A stretch of DNA of 59,585 bases, filler included, from Catajapyx aquilonaris (taxonomy: Eukaryota), in the NCBI GenBank assembly GCA_000934665.2. It is 4 parts of 4 records of this genome, joined end to end, with 100 filler letters (N's around TTAATTAATTAA, not from the genome) between each part and the next. Parts side by side here need not be neighbours in the genome. Positions count along the whole stretch, not along the records: positions 29,847 to 44,660 come from JYFJ02007677.1; positions 44,761 to 59,585 come from JYFJ02007678.1; 2 more parts are not named here. One strand, written 5' to 3'. Within the stretch, counting starts at the first letter, position 1. Each line of letters begins with the position of its first letter. A model generated the notes under the pieces. That model searched no databases, had not been told where the DNA came from, and saw nothing but the letters and a program-made list of their open reading frames with translations. Made by a program: the position numbers and the translations under genes. Shown one piece after another: positions 38,974 to 52,060 of the stretch.

Positions 38974-40881
38974 GATACCCCGTGGTAGGCCTCCTTTGCG
39001 CCTCTTAGGGGAATATCTTTTCGTGAAACATCTTTAATCATTGCCTGCGCTGTGATGGATTTTGATTGTGGGAGGAAACAGGAGAACAAGAAAACCCACG
39101 CGAACACGGAGAGAACCCATCGAAACTCTATCCACATACGTCTCCTCCGTCCGACCCGGGGATCGAACTCGGGACCTCAGAGGAAGAAGGCTGTTGCGAT
39201 AACCACTCCACCAACGTGTCGCCTTCACCATATGAAATATAAGTTTAAGTGGGCAATGTGCAACTAAAAAAACAAAATTGGCATCAACTACCATTTCCAT
39301 AAAATAAACAGAAATTCTGGAGGTTCCTAACACTTTCTGTGGCCATTTCAAGCGCAAAAAAAAATAGCAAATTCACTTGTTTGAAGTGCATGTCTTTGCA
39401 ACTCATGGAACAGATGTTTAAAAACTGAGTTTAACTTTTTCGTATAGTTTTATTACGAACTACTTCGACTAAAAATCATTGGCACCAAGAGCAAAATCAA
39501 TCCTAAAACATATACAGTATCCTCTATGAATTTGTAATTGTTGGATTTTTAAAACTTAATATCCGTATTTAATACAATATATTCAAAGTGCAAGCTGTGA
39601 GTAAATGAAACCACAGTTGATGAAACAATAGATATAAAAGGGGAGGTATACGATATGGCCCTCCATACCTGAGATACAAGATACCACCAATTATCATATG
39701 ATAGCCTAAATCAAGCTCTACGTAGTCACACAGCCTTGACATCTCACCATCTTTTGCCTGCTTGGCTTTATGGGCGATAAGAAGCAGTCCCTTGCACTTG
39801 GCCACCAGCTCATCCCTGCTCAACTCTTCCAGGTGGACTCGGCGTGCACCTCCTGCTGCCTCTCCACCGTCCTCCTGCAAACATACCCACACATAAATGA
39901 TGGCTTCTGTTTTAAGGATACCAATTGCTGTTAGTCTACAACACACATGTAAATTTGAGGTCCAGTTGCACCAAAGATAACAGAACTGGAGATTATCCTT
40001 GTTACTAATTCGGTGCAAAAATACACCTAACAATATATTAATAGCAATAATAAATCCTCCAGACACATCCTGCCTTCAGTCGCACAATCAAAACCAACAC
40101 GCAAATAATCCTAGCACCTGACTGACGACATCTGTTACCCACATGTACAAGGGCTGTATTAAAAGTAATGAGCATGCGTAATCTTGACACATGACCTGTA
40201 ACACTCTCCAGTCAAATCTCTTTGCCTTTCTTCACATTTATGCAAAATGCTAACTGATGCCTTTGTACCACCTGTACAGAAGGAAACGCTACTTCTGGAG
40301 AACTCTGTACACAAGGTTGCAGATTACATGGAATAGAAGCCATTGTTTTTCACCTATGATGTCACTCGATTTCTATTCAATTCTAAGAAGAAACTATCAA
40401 ACCAACTCTCTTCTCCCGAGTCACCAATACGAGACTCAAGACAAGCCCCTATGCTGTGACAAGTTCTTCGTAAACTGCTGGAACATTATTCTGCTGCGAG
40501 ATTTTCAAATTCCTATGCAGTCGCAAAAATGAATTGGTCAGACCAGACATTCTTGGATATAAGAAGAATCTTTTGGTGAGCATCAACTCTGCTGTTCGAC
40601 AATTAAATTCGAGGTTACATGCCCACCGCTATGTCCCTTGCACATGAAGCATTATGCAAATGTCAAACCAACAGGACGGTGCTGGTTACTCTGAAGTGCC
40701 GTCCACGGGCAGCAGGTGGGTGGAATTAATCAAAAATTCAAATCCACAATTACAGTCTGACTTGCGAATGACAACAACTACTGGCTCAAGTGACCCTCTT
40801 CACATATCTTGCCATCCCAGAAGTGAGAAAAAAGACCCAAGTTCAAGAAGCCAGTGTTCTAGACCCCATACTCACGGCCAT
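30180..40881 (-). CDS. GCC2: GRIP and coiled-coil domain protein 2 (GCC185)-like golgin, 3'-partial; exons 40881-40876, 39874-39748, 35815-35649, 35587-31766, 30347-30180
   Basis: N-terminus LEELSRDELVAKCKGLLLIAHKAKQAKD, a ~3.8-kb coiled-coil exon, and FEDRYTKLRMIAVRLKKK resemble GCC2 family motifs. The GRIP domain would lie beyond the contig end. Confidence 0.75.
31165..31345 (-). mobile_element. tRNA-derived SINE (family A)
   Basis: GTCCGACTGCTAATCGGGAGGTCCTGGGTTCGAA head is identical to the 12768 copy, and the body is shared. Confidence 0.75.
31390..31535 (-). mobile_element. Putative tRNA-derived SINE head
   Basis: TAGTGGCCCTACGG...CCTGGTTCGATCCCCAG A/B boxes with no complete cloverleaf. 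Confidence 0.5.
36473..37197. mobile_element. hAT-type non-autonomous element
   Basis: CAGTGGCGTA ... TACATCACTG termini with a perfect 8-bp target-site duplication GATTAGAA. Confidence 0.85.
38318..38470 (+). mobile_element. Degenerate tRNA-derived SINE
   Basis: TGGCCGAGATGG A box and GTTTCGATCC B-box-like motif. Confidence 0.5.
38905..39215 (-). mobile_element. tRNA-derived SINE (family B) with (ATT)n tail
   Basis: Shares GTTTCGATGGGTTCTCTCC, AATCCATCACAGCGCAG and GGGGTATCC(ATT)n with the copy at 46440. Confidence 0.85.
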
Positions 40882-41080
40882 GTCTGGGCGTCTCCTCCTC
40901 CTTCGGCAGTGTTATCCGTGGCGGCTGACGTGAAGCCCTAATCGCATTCGGAGGCTACGGAAAGGAGGCCAGTCCCGTCAACACAGCACAATCGGCCTTG
41001 CAAATTCACTAATTTTTTTTTTCTTTTTTTTCTTTTTTTTTTTTACTTCACGTAAGCATGGCGTCTCGATAGCGCGAACT

Positions 41081-41332
41081 CGATACTGACCACCAGTTTC
41101 GCATAATTATTGCGAAATATTTCTCTGAACCTCATCCGTGTAATTTTAGCAATGTTCGCCAGCATAGTTTTTTTTTAAATGACAGCTGATTGTTGCAGAT
41201 AAATAAACTGATCAAGCACACGGCGCCATCTACAAAGCGCGGGGACAATGGGCCATTTGAAAGTGGCTTGGATTCGCTTCAGTCACTCTTTTTCTTACCC
41301 GTGTAATGGCTGGTTTCCAACTGAATTCCCCA
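41081..41332. repeat. Direct repeat, copy 1 (~250 bp)
   Basis: Highly similar to 44309-44563 (CGATACTGACCACCA ... GAATTCCCCA). Confidence 0.92.
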
Positions 41333-41695
41333 GTTTCTTTGGCTGGCATTGCTGTTCCATATTAGCAGGTGTATTCTGGAAACTGAGAGTGGAGGCACAG
41401 CAGATAAAGGCGATAGGTGGCAGGAAGAGCTGGGAAAATGTGTGCAGTATGGTGGAAAAAGGTTCCAGTATAAAATTATTCGATGTTGCATCAACAGTGA
41501 ACAGAACATACATCATGAAATTGTAAAACTAGTGTGCAATTAATTTAGGTCATAGCAAAGAATTTTCAAGCAGACAATCTGTCTGCAATAACATGGAAAC
41601 CAAAGTCTGGCAAATAATTTATTAATTTGGCAGAATACAACTCCACTATAAGGCATGTTTCACTTTAGCATAATCTCATGTCAGTTTATAATGTA

Positions 41696-41892
41696 CCCCC
41701 GCGAGCATAAAGATAGAGACGGCAGGCCTTTTTTTTACCTTTCTTTATCCGACTCAAATTATAAATGAACTATTTTTGGACCGAGTTAGCTGCTTCAGGC
41801 GTGTGTTCATGTATTTATGACAGTATATTTGATATTGTAATTGCTGCGATTGGCAGAGCAGCCTGCCGTCTCCATCTTTATGCTCGCGGGTG
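41696..41892. mobile_element. MITE with TA flanks
   Basis: CCCCCGCGAGCATAAAGATAGAGACGGCAGGC / GCCTGCCGTCTCCATCTTTATGCTCGCGGGTG inverted termini. Confidence 0.8.
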
Positions 41893-42090
41893 TACCACAA
41901 ATCACAAAAAATAGCTTACTGGTGTAATCAATTTCAGACTATGGCATGTAATCAGGTGTAATTGAGCAGATCTAATGTGCCTTTATGGCAAATAATTACT
42001 GGTAATCACAAATAATCAGGTGAGTCCTTGAACCCGGAATTGTTAACCACAGAGTAAATGCTGCCATCATGAATCTTGGTATTCCTTGTC

Positions 42091-44087
42091 TTAGCTTGGC
42101 GATTGGTGCCTTCGTTTTATAGGCGATGCTAAGGGATTGTCTCTCTTGACGGCAATTTTAGCCTGGAGTTGCCGACAGTTAATGCATTGCAAAACTCCTC
42201 TCTGCAGGTCCAGTGGCAAAACTCTTATATTGGCTTGGTAAAAAACCAAACATCTTGATGATTGCACACGGGGAACTGGAAAGTCAAATTTTAACAGTCG
42301 TTGTGTATTTGCCTCTTGACCAACTTCCAAATCCACTCCAGGGCACCAAAGATGCCTCCCTTCTGGAGAGAGGCGCTTAACTTCATTTTCCATAATTTCC
42401 TCATTGACGTCATTATCTGTGATGAAATAGATGGTTCGAGTGGGCAAAAATGCCACTTGCAGTTCCGCATGTCCTGATGTTGTTGCTACTAATTTAACAG
42501 GTGTCCACATTAATTGGGGTGCTGGTGATGCCGACGTGGTAGGACAACGATATATCTGCAATAATTCTTGATCTCCATACTTGCTTCTTTCGGTCGTGAG
42601 CTTCCCGGTCAGATGAAAATACGAGAAGAAATAACAGTAACTTTATAGCAACCAATAAATGCAAAGTTCATTCATTTTGCAAATCTTACAAAAGAGGTAC
42701 CTGGGGGCAATAAGGCCACTGTTAGGTTTCTCGCCTATTATAAAGCGACCTCCCATTGTGCTGCTTAATATTGGTCCACATTCTTCCACAATTATTATGA
42801 AAATTACACTAATTCCATGTACTGTACATCACTGAAGGGGAAGGTTTGAACACCAAAGTCACAAAGTAATCCAGAAAATTTGCATAAGAAGCCAGCTTCA
42901 GGTTCCTTAAGGTGGTCGTAATGCCCCGAGTTACCTTGCCAGAAATGGAAACTTACGGTTGGGTACTTCCTCGCAATTTCTTGCAGGGCCCTGATGACTG
43001 GTGATGACAGATTGGAGTCAGATTTGTCTTGGCAAATGCATGACGACACATTGATATGGCATTGCACATGTTTGTTACTGGTTATGACCTCTACAGTACC
43101 ATTACTCTTTGCTCCCCTCACCTTGTACCCCTTACGGTTGATGAATGCCTTTGCAGTCTTTGTACTGGGAGCCTGTGTGCATGTCCAATAATTAATGCAC
43201 AAATTATTGTAACAAATAACTCTTATTCCATTTACACAGTTCTGGACATTCCACTTACATGATCACTTGTAGCAGATGACGGATGATGTCCTCTCGCTTG
43301 GTTGCTCGGCTGAGTTTGGTTGGTGTTGCGCCTATCACCTGATGCAAGGTCACAATGCTAAAGGAAATAATAAGAATCATAACACATTTTGCTGATTAAA
43401 ATAATTTCATTCATATCAAAAATCACTCGCATTTGCAATACAAATCTCTTCAAGGTAATCAAACCCGTGACTACATTTTTTTTGTGAGTTGCTGGGGAGA
43501 GAAGGAGAGCTGCGTAACACTCTGACGTAACCTCCTCGCCTGCCCATGCCTGGCCACAAGGAGTGCAGTCATCTTCCCTACTACAGGGTCGTGCAGTTGG
43601 GTGGGGCAGCCCCTACGCACTACCTACCAACATGACATACCCTATGGACTATCACTTATCCCACATCATCACATACTGCCGTTTTGGAACTGACCTCTTG
43701 ATCATCTTGTACAACTTCTATCCAGACCGCTTCTATCGCAGGTGGAGGGACAGCACCAGTCAGGTTGCTGTTGCTTATATCCGGGTCCAAAACTCCTCTT
43801 CTTGGTACAGAGCCTTGTTTCAGCTTACAAGAACTATGTAACCCAGCAAATCCGACGCTATTGGCTATTCCTGCATCCGTAAAATAATCGTCCCTGTCAA
43901 AATGACGGCCACAAATACCGTAGTTGGTTTTCGGCCTATCAAAATTGGCCAAGTGTTGGCGCACAAAAGTAACCCAGGCTTCCCGGTAAAGTTCACGATT
44001 AGGAAATCGATGTACAGGAACAACAGGAACCTCGCCATCACTTTTCTTGAAACTTTTCTTGCATCCAAACACACAGAGTAGCGTCAT
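42091..44087 (-). CDS. Multi-exon THAP-domain protein, possibly transposon-derived; internal exon structure uncertain
   Basis: C2CH THAP signature CVFGC..HRFP..W..ICGRHF..LKQGSVP at the N-terminus. Downstream same-strand ORFs with splice signals end in a Cys-rich segment CPGV..SSRC..CINC. Confidence 0.7.
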
Positions 44088-44308
44088 GTTTGGGCAGACG
44101 CGGTGACCCAGACCTCAGACCGCCTCAGACCAAGTCTGTTCCGATTTTGGGAGTCTTTGCCTTTAGCTAGTTTAGCCCCAGGAGCCACTGAGAGGACCTC
44201 CTGTGGCAAATTCTGTGGTTTACGCTGCTCCTTTCACTATTTCAAACGCTTTGTTCTTCATTGTTGACCGCAGCAAACCAAGCAAACGACAAAGCGAGCG
44301 ATACCAGG

Positions 44309-44563
44309 CGATACTGACCACCAATTTCGCATAATTATTGCGAAATATTTCTCTGAAACCTCATCCGTGTAATTTTAGCAATGTTCGCCAGCATAAATTT
44401 CGTTAAATATTCACAGCTGATTGTTGCAGATAAATAAACTGATCAAGCACATTGCGCCATCTACAAAGCGCGGGGACAATGGGCCATTTGAAAGTGGCTT
44501 GAATTTGCTTCAGGCTCTCTTTTTCTTACCCGTGTCATGGCTGGTTTCCAACGGAATTCCCCA
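44309..44563. repeat. Direct repeat, copy 2 (~250 bp)
   Basis: Highly similar to 41081-41332, with scattered substitutions and indels. Confidence 0.92.
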
Positions 44564-44660
44564 TAGTCCAGGCAATGAATGCTCAAAAAGGGGGTGTAGA
44601 CGGAAATGACGGGACGGCAAGAATTGACCTCAGGGATTTGTTTGGACTAGTTAGGAGGTA

Positions 44661-44760
44661 NNNNNNNNNNNNNNNNNNNNNNNNNNNNNNNNNNNNNNNN
44701 NNNNTTAATTAATTAANNNNNNNNNNNNNNNNNNNNNNNNNNNNNNNNNNNNNNNNNNNN
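44661..44760. other. Artificial contig linker N44-TTAATTAATTAA-N44
   Basis: Same linker as the other two. Confidence 0.97.
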
Positions 44761-45883
44761 CTTTTTGAATTCTGCGCGGGTCAATGGCCAAGGTGGATTT
44801 TTTTTTAAAATCGTCCATCCCCCGGAGTGTCACTTTGAAATGTTGTGTGGCGACTCACGGTCTGGTGGGTATCTGATCGGTAGATGAGTTTCCGGTGGCT
44901 GGACATTGATTTTGCATTAGGTGTTAAGTGAAGTGAATAGTGCATTTTAAGACGTGGTGTTACTTACACACTATACACAGTTGCAATTTTGTCTATAGAA
45001 GTCACTTGTATTAAATGGCAAGTTAATCTGTCCATTGACCATTCAGGCTGCAGAATATACTGTCACTGAGATAAGTAAGTGTTTTTAAATGGTCCGTGAA
45101 TGATAGGTGCATATGGTGACAGTTCTGAAAACACGCAATGTACACTGGCGGGTATGGTACTTTTGCATTTGACTCGTGTTTAGAATTTTCATCTTCAAAA
45201 CATTACCTCACATGAAATAATTATAGTATTTCTGGAAGGATAGTATTCATTTTTGGCAACGAATAGCAATATTGTCTTCCATGTCCTGCCATGTCATTTC
45301 GTTTTGATATGTATATTTATGATTTGTTCCGTTATAATTATTGCTTGTAATGACATAAATTAGGCTACTAGTAAGATAATAGGCATACTCTAGTTATAGT
45401 TCGGTCTTTTTCACCAATAATACCATGGAATCAATACAGCCATGCTTGGAGGATGCTGAACTCTCGGATCCATGTGGGAAACCCATACATTGCCTGAAGA
45501 TAATTCAACAATTTATAATTATTGTAGAAGCAGTCGACACAAAATGCTTACAGAACATTTGTTGAGTATTATGTATAGCTCTGTGGTGATGATAGCTTAC
45601 AAGCAAGGGATTGTGATTATGGATTATTTTCATCGTGATAATTCATTTATAGGAGTTTATTTCTTTTTAATGAATTGTCACACGTGAATTTACTTAATTA
45701 ATGTGCAAGTTTGCAGGGACGAGGCTGAAAATTCAAGAAAAATGTCTACAAAACATTTCCTTGTAGCTCCATTTAAATTAATTAACAAATAATTGATTCA
45801 ATTATTTATCCAGTTACATTCTGTATTGTATTCATATTTTAATATGATCACAGCGTGATAAGCTTGTTTCCTCTAGCTTCAAG

Positions 45884-46692
45884 ATGGATCCAGCCATAAT
45901 ATGTCCCTCTCGCCTGGACTGCTACTTTGATCAGACCCGTCCTCCCTCCTCCCACACCCGACATGCCCTCCCAACCCACCGTCAGCGTGACCCTGGGACG
46001 TGGTCTGGGGGCAGTGGTGCAGACAGCCATGGGTCATCCTCACAAGCAGCAATTCTTGGACGCCGTGACCGGATCCGCCCAGAGCGTGGCCACAACAACC
46101 GCCATCCAGTTCAGAAGATGCAGTGGCGCCGGTCCCGATGGGTCAGAGGGTTCCACCCTGGGTCATCTTCAGGCCACCACCGTGATTGTCCCACCCCAGA
46201 CTATTCGGATATGGATTCCAGACTGTGCTCAATGACCATTGCTGATGTTTCTCCACGTCTGGCAGCCAAGAAGGTTTTAATGCTGTATGAGAGGCAGCAG
46301 TACAAAGAGGCTGCCAACTTTGTCAACCGTCTCAGCCATGCCACTTTCAAGGTCTGCTTATCTTGCATTTTGTTGACTGAGATTTTAATATGCCCAATAG
46401 TAACGTTTGATATAGAATTAATAAGAAGTAAGTTATTTAGGGCGGTACGATGTTGTAGTGGTTAGAGCCACACCCTTTCACCTCTGAGGTCCTGAGTTCG
46501 ATTCCCAGATGGGACAGAGGATGCTTATGTGAAAGAGTTTCGATGGGTTCTCTCCATTTTCGTGTGGGTTTTCTCGGGGTTCTCCCGCTTCCTCCCACAG
46601 TAAAAATCCATCACAGCGCAGTCAATGAATAAAGACGGTTACATAAAAAGATAATCCCCAATGAGGCCCAAGGAAGCCTATCATGGGGTATC

Positions 46693-46747
<55 letters not shown>

Positions 46748-49700
46748 AGAATACATACATAAGTTATTTTGGAAAGGAGAATTGCTATTGAAAAAAACCT
46801 GTCACTAATATATTATATTGAACCAAAATTTTAAATTAACATTGCTTTGAACTTTTTAGGTGATACTTCCTGAGCTCCCGGTTGATCTACTGGTTGACTC
46901 AGTGCCTGCATCATTACCTGTATTGGAAGCCCTTTATGCCAAGGTGTTTTTGGCAGACGGCCTCTCATTTGGATTGCGTCTTTTGCGCCCAGATGTGCTA
47001 GTCATGCGCATGGTGCGCATGTTTGCAGAGGGCCATGATTCCTCTCCTCCAAACTCACCAACACCACCGACCCACTCACCCCCACCAGATCCAGTATCAA
47101 GCTGCCGCAAACTCCTGAAGGTCATGCTAGTATCTGAGCCTCAGCTGCGAAAGGTGGTCCAGCACCGTCGACGAGCCTTGGACAAAGCTATTGAAGGACT
47201 TGGTGCTCATGGATTAGTAGGGACATCAGACGAATCATTGATTCCATTACATGAAGCCCTTAGGTCACAGTTTCGGAAAGTGGTTGAAGCATATAAAGGT
47301 GCCCTGGCCAAACTGGAGGAATATGCACTGGATTCATCTAGCAATCGCTCCATTGCTCATGGTCCAGCTCCAGTACAGGCATCACACCAGCGGCAGCTGT
47401 CATTGCGCCAGGAGGAGATTCAGGAACGGCTCATAAGAAACAAGAGCTTGCTGAATTTGCTAGAGCCAACACTTCAGAATCACTCATTGGCCATCCTGTT
47501 GGGGATTTTGCAACGAAGGGTTGACAATGACAAGGATGCACTCTTTCAGTATACACAGATCAGAAAGGAGGCACCAGCTTCTGCATCAACAACAGTGGTG
47601 GTAAGAGAAGCACTTAAGATTTAAGTATTAAGAGAAGAGACAAAAATATTTTTCACTGATATTACATGAAAGTTAGTGTTTTTGTCAATCAGTTAAGAAG
47701 AATTTATTTTGCAATAGTCACCATCACCTGGGTCGAATGATGTGGTGGCCCCTCTGCTCATGAAGTATGCCCAAGGCTGTGAGAATGTCCTTCGACTGAT
47801 GCAGGAAGTTGCAGAGGATGACCAAGAGGGAACCTCAAGTGACATATCTGGATACCATTCTGACTCAGACTCAGCCATCATGACCTCAGGAAATTCCCCT
47901 TATGTCAGCAAGAGAGCTAGGTATTTGTGACTTCTCTTTTGGTATACAGGTGAAGGAATTCTCTCACATAGTCGCCAGGTAGACTGATAGTACTCGCAAA
48001 ACTAATATAGGGATGTACAATTAGTTTTGGGCGCCATTGCGTAGTTAATGCATGGAGCGTCTTTAAAGTTTCATGACATCACATACGCTCCACTAGTTTC
48101 AAAAAAGTCAGCTGGAGGGCCTCCAATAATCTGGCCTTGGGTCCGGAATGCATCGTCCATGTGCAATAGGTGATCAAACCCCATCAGAGTAAGATTCCTG
48201 GTGCAACACCCTTGCCCTTTGTTGTTTTTACCTAATTTTCTACCATCTGACACTCTACACTTGAAAGGTGCCATACACATTAACTATGCAACGGCACCAA
48301 AAACTAATTGCACATTCCTATACAAGTTTTAGGAGTACTATCAGTTTACCTGGCGATTATGTGCAAAAAATTCCTTCACCTGTATAGCCTGTTTTTAAGA
48401 GTGTGACAGCACTTCATTCATTATGCTATGAAATAATGCATACTCAGGCTTGGAAGTGAATTTACTGAACAATTTCTTTTGATTTGATTATCACGATGAG
48501 CTATTTCAAAAGTGATCTGCATGTGAAGAGTTTATGCTCTGTGCATATAAGAACTGACCTGCAGCAGCATTTAAATGTTGTAAATTGTCTTTTTTGTGTG
48601 TGTAAAAATCTTCTAGAACATGCATAACAGTGATGAGGATTTCTTAAGAACTGCTCTTCCACATATATTGCATTCAAAATTTATTAAATTTAATTAATTT
48701 GACCAAAGTTGAGAATATGGTTATTGATAGCTGAACTTCTCCTTCTACTCCAGGTATAACTTTCTGTGTCGCTCACTGCGTTCAGTTGGAGGCCAAGGCA
48801 GGACTCCCCTCCCACAACATTTGTTGCGCCCACTACCACTCAGTAATGTGAAGGAAGACAACCCTGGTGTCATAGTAGCGCCTGCACTGATGGTGACCAG
48901 CTCAGCCAGCTCAGGAAGTGATTCCCCACCAGTCACTGCCACAGCTAAAGTCACTCGTCTAAGGCACTTGAAGCAGAAGAGGGAATTGCAGAAATTAAAC
49001 TCTGCAGGTCATTAAATATTTTTTATTATCAAAGTACCACTTGTGTTATGAAATTGGGCATTTTAGTGAATAGATCGGATTCCTAGTGTCCACGACTTGA
49101 GTGCAGTTTTAAAGCGTAACATGAAAAAGTATGAAATATTGTAATGTCATGTTTTTACTTCCTAGGTTCCTCATCAGGATCTGTTTCATCTGTGACAAAT
49201 ATGAGTGTGTGCTGCAGTTCAGTGGAATCGGAGCTGAAGGCTATGAGGAGCCAGTTGGATGAAATGAGAGCACTTGTTGCTGCTGCTCATGAAAGGGAGC
49301 GACGCCTCATGGACCGGTCAGTTGGACACTATATTTTGATGGGTGTTTGGGTCTCTGATATTACAGACCTCTCCTTCTCATAGGGGGACTAAAAAGTTAC
49401 GGGGAGAATTTCATGTGTTATTGCACTTAAGAGATCTACAGAGCATTAAGAGATGGTTGCATGATAGATATGACTTAATCCAGAAATCTCAATTTATAAT
49501 ACCATAGCCACATTTCTATTGTTTTCAGATTGGAAGGAAAAAAGCCCCTGTCCGAGATGCTCCTCCTCACCCCAACAGTTCCCCACACTCCCCATCTCCC
49601 TCCACCCCAACCACAAGCAACATGCCAATCAGGTGATGTGGTTGTAATAGTCCATGCAAATGGTGGGGCCAATTCCCGGGAACTTGTGTCCCGCTATGGG

Positions 49701-51303
49701 GAGCTGTATGCCCGTTCCCGAGTGGACACCCTCGACGCTTTGGATGCCTTGCCACAGCTGTGCCAGGCAGAGGAACTTAAGTCTAAGCTCTTGTTCTCAG
49801 TTGTGGTGGTGAGTTCACTCGCCGAAGTCAACAGATCGAATACTGAGACACACGCAAACTCCTGAACAGCTCTACTCCGATGCTTCTGCACTCTGTCTGC
49901 CTTTCTTGCCTTGGGACTCGTTTAATGAATGCAGATAAACTTTCACCTACACTGAGTGTGCCAATTTTTTTTTTCTTTGTTACTTACACATTTTCTGTAG
50001 CTGACATTCTCTTTTGGTTTGGCATAACAATTGTGCCAGATGTATCTTTGCTAATGCATGAATTTCATGCATTTGTGACTATATTAGTTTTGTTTCATAA
50101 TGCATTACACTATTTCTTTTGAGGAATGAAATAGGAATGTCTAAATTGACAATTTCTTTCTTAAAATCATTTTAGGACTAGAATTCATGATAATTAATTT
50201 TGTTGATTGATCTTCTCTGCATTGTTTCTGGTCACATTTGCAATCAGTTATTTTATACTCTAGTAGTCTTGTTGCATTGCATTGCTAGTAATGTTTCATT
50301 ATAGAAGACTTCACTGTGTTATTCAAAATTCCTGGTGTACTCTCTATATATTTTAACAATAAGTCTTGCATTATCTCTGCCCTAGTTTTGCTGCCACTAT
50401 GACTGAATGTCTTATTTGAACATTTTGAATGGCACATTTCTATTGGTTCTGGTCTTGTAATACTTTACTGTACAAGTTTTCCTGCACAGCCACCCTTCTC
50501 ATTCTGTTTCTCTGACTGTTTTTTAAAATTCCATTACAAGCAGTTGAGTTAATTACATCCCACCCATTACAGCTGGCATTCCGTTCGGCCCAAGGAACAC
50601 TGGCCGACATCCACAGTGACTTGAGCCGACTCCTCCAGATCCAGGCTGGCAGTGCCCCTGCCCTTTTAGATGCAATAAATGCCCATTTGAGATCTACAGC
50701 CTCCAAGTTTGACCTCTCCAAGAATGTGCAGGTAAATGTAGTGGTCTACTGATTTCAAATGCAGGTACACCGACACTGCACTTCATTTTATTACTGATGT
50801 ATAATCTACACCTGTGACATTAAAACAGGGGTACCTGTAACAACTGGACTCTAGAGGTAAAGAAATAATGTGCATCAGTGGATATTTCTTTCGCTACAGG
50901 ATGTGTGCTCGCAGATCTGGTCCACCTTGTATGACTACCCTTGTCTCAGAGAGTGTGAGGAGCTGGTGCTATACATAAAGGACTGCATGCGCATCGCTTG
51001 GGAGCTCAGCAATCAGGTCAGGATTCTCACTGGAATTATTAATTGATCAAAGATTCCAAAAATGACAAATTCACTCTTACGATAAGATGCTTTTGTGTAG
51101 AGTGGCCTTTGAATTTAAATGTATTCGTTTTGCAGTGTCCACCATTTGTGGTGGAGCATGAAAGGCAGGCATTCCAGCGTGACCTTCACGTCCGTTTCCA
51201 TACATCGCAGTTTGACTCGGAGCATGTCAAGGCATACCTTTGGCCAGCCCTTCTTGAAGGGGTGGGAGGTCCATGTGTCTACAAGGCAGTTGTGCTTACT
51301 TAG
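45884..51303 (+). CDS. MIEAP (mitochondria-eating protein/SPATA18-like) C-terminal domain protein; exons 45884-46351, 46860-47600, 47718-47920, 48754-49007, 49166-49316, 49529-49808, 50573-50731, 50900-51016, 51136-51303
   Basis: RYGELYARSRVDTLDALD, YIKDCMRIAWEL and YLWPALLEG..CVYKAVVLT resemble the MIEAP domain. Nine GT-AG-bounded exons join in frame. Confidence 0.75.
46440..46747 (+). mobile_element. tRNA-derived SINE (family B) with (ATT)n tail
   Basis: TGTAGTGGTTAG A box, GAGTTCGATTCC B box, (ATT)n tail, and TAAGTTATTT repeated on both flanks as a probable TSD. Confidence 0.88.
47947..48382. mobile_element. Tc1/mariner-type MITE with ~100-bp inverted arms
   Basis: TA|CAGGTGAAGGAATT..TCGCCAGGTA ... 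TACCTGGCGA..AATTCCTTCACCTG|TA. Confidence 0.82.
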
Positions 51304-52060
51304 TTCCTGCGTGGCAGATTAGGTTGATAGTTTTTAACACAACAGGTGTTGCCATTATTATGCATTTCTCATTGCTTTGGGCAGAGTGCAGGTCAACTTA
51401 TGTTATTTCCAGCCAACATGTTCGTGTCTGATATACATTTGGGTAGACCTACATGCATGCAGGGGTAGCAATGTCTGCTACTCAAGTGATTATGTGGTGC
51501 TTTTATGCAACATTGTAAAAGAAAATCGATGTGGCAGGGAAAACAAAGATTTATGTTATTCCTCACTAAAATATTATTTTATTGAGATGAAGATGTAGTG
51601 TCAAGATTTTGAAATATTTATGCATTTGGCATTCAGGTTTAAAACTATAGCAGACATCCTTTCACAAATATATTTAATATTTACAGCAAAGTCTCTCAGT
51701 TTATTTTTGCCGCACACTGTTAGGGATTTCTTTCTTTATCTCATGCAACTGCCTAAGGAAGTCTTACTTGGCCTCGAATGTTGTTTGAATAGCCTGTCCA
51801 TCATCATTACATGATAAGGCCATTCTCTAGGTCGAGCGTTGCAGAAGAAGGACCATCCAATGTTTGGCTTTTTTAAAATGCATCATTCCATGCCACATGC
51901 CATCAGAGTAGTGGAGATGGTCATGCTGAAATATAACTCACATTGTAGTTGATTCCTCTGCTACACAAAGTGGTCTGAAAATGAAACCCTACCTTATCAG
52001 TAATTTGTAAGCAGAAAATATATTAAATTGTGATTTTGAAAGCCTAGCTGCATATAATTA

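Noticed and set aside
38901..39137. ORF with poly-Ile tract
   Set aside because: Translation of a SINE (ATT)n tail.
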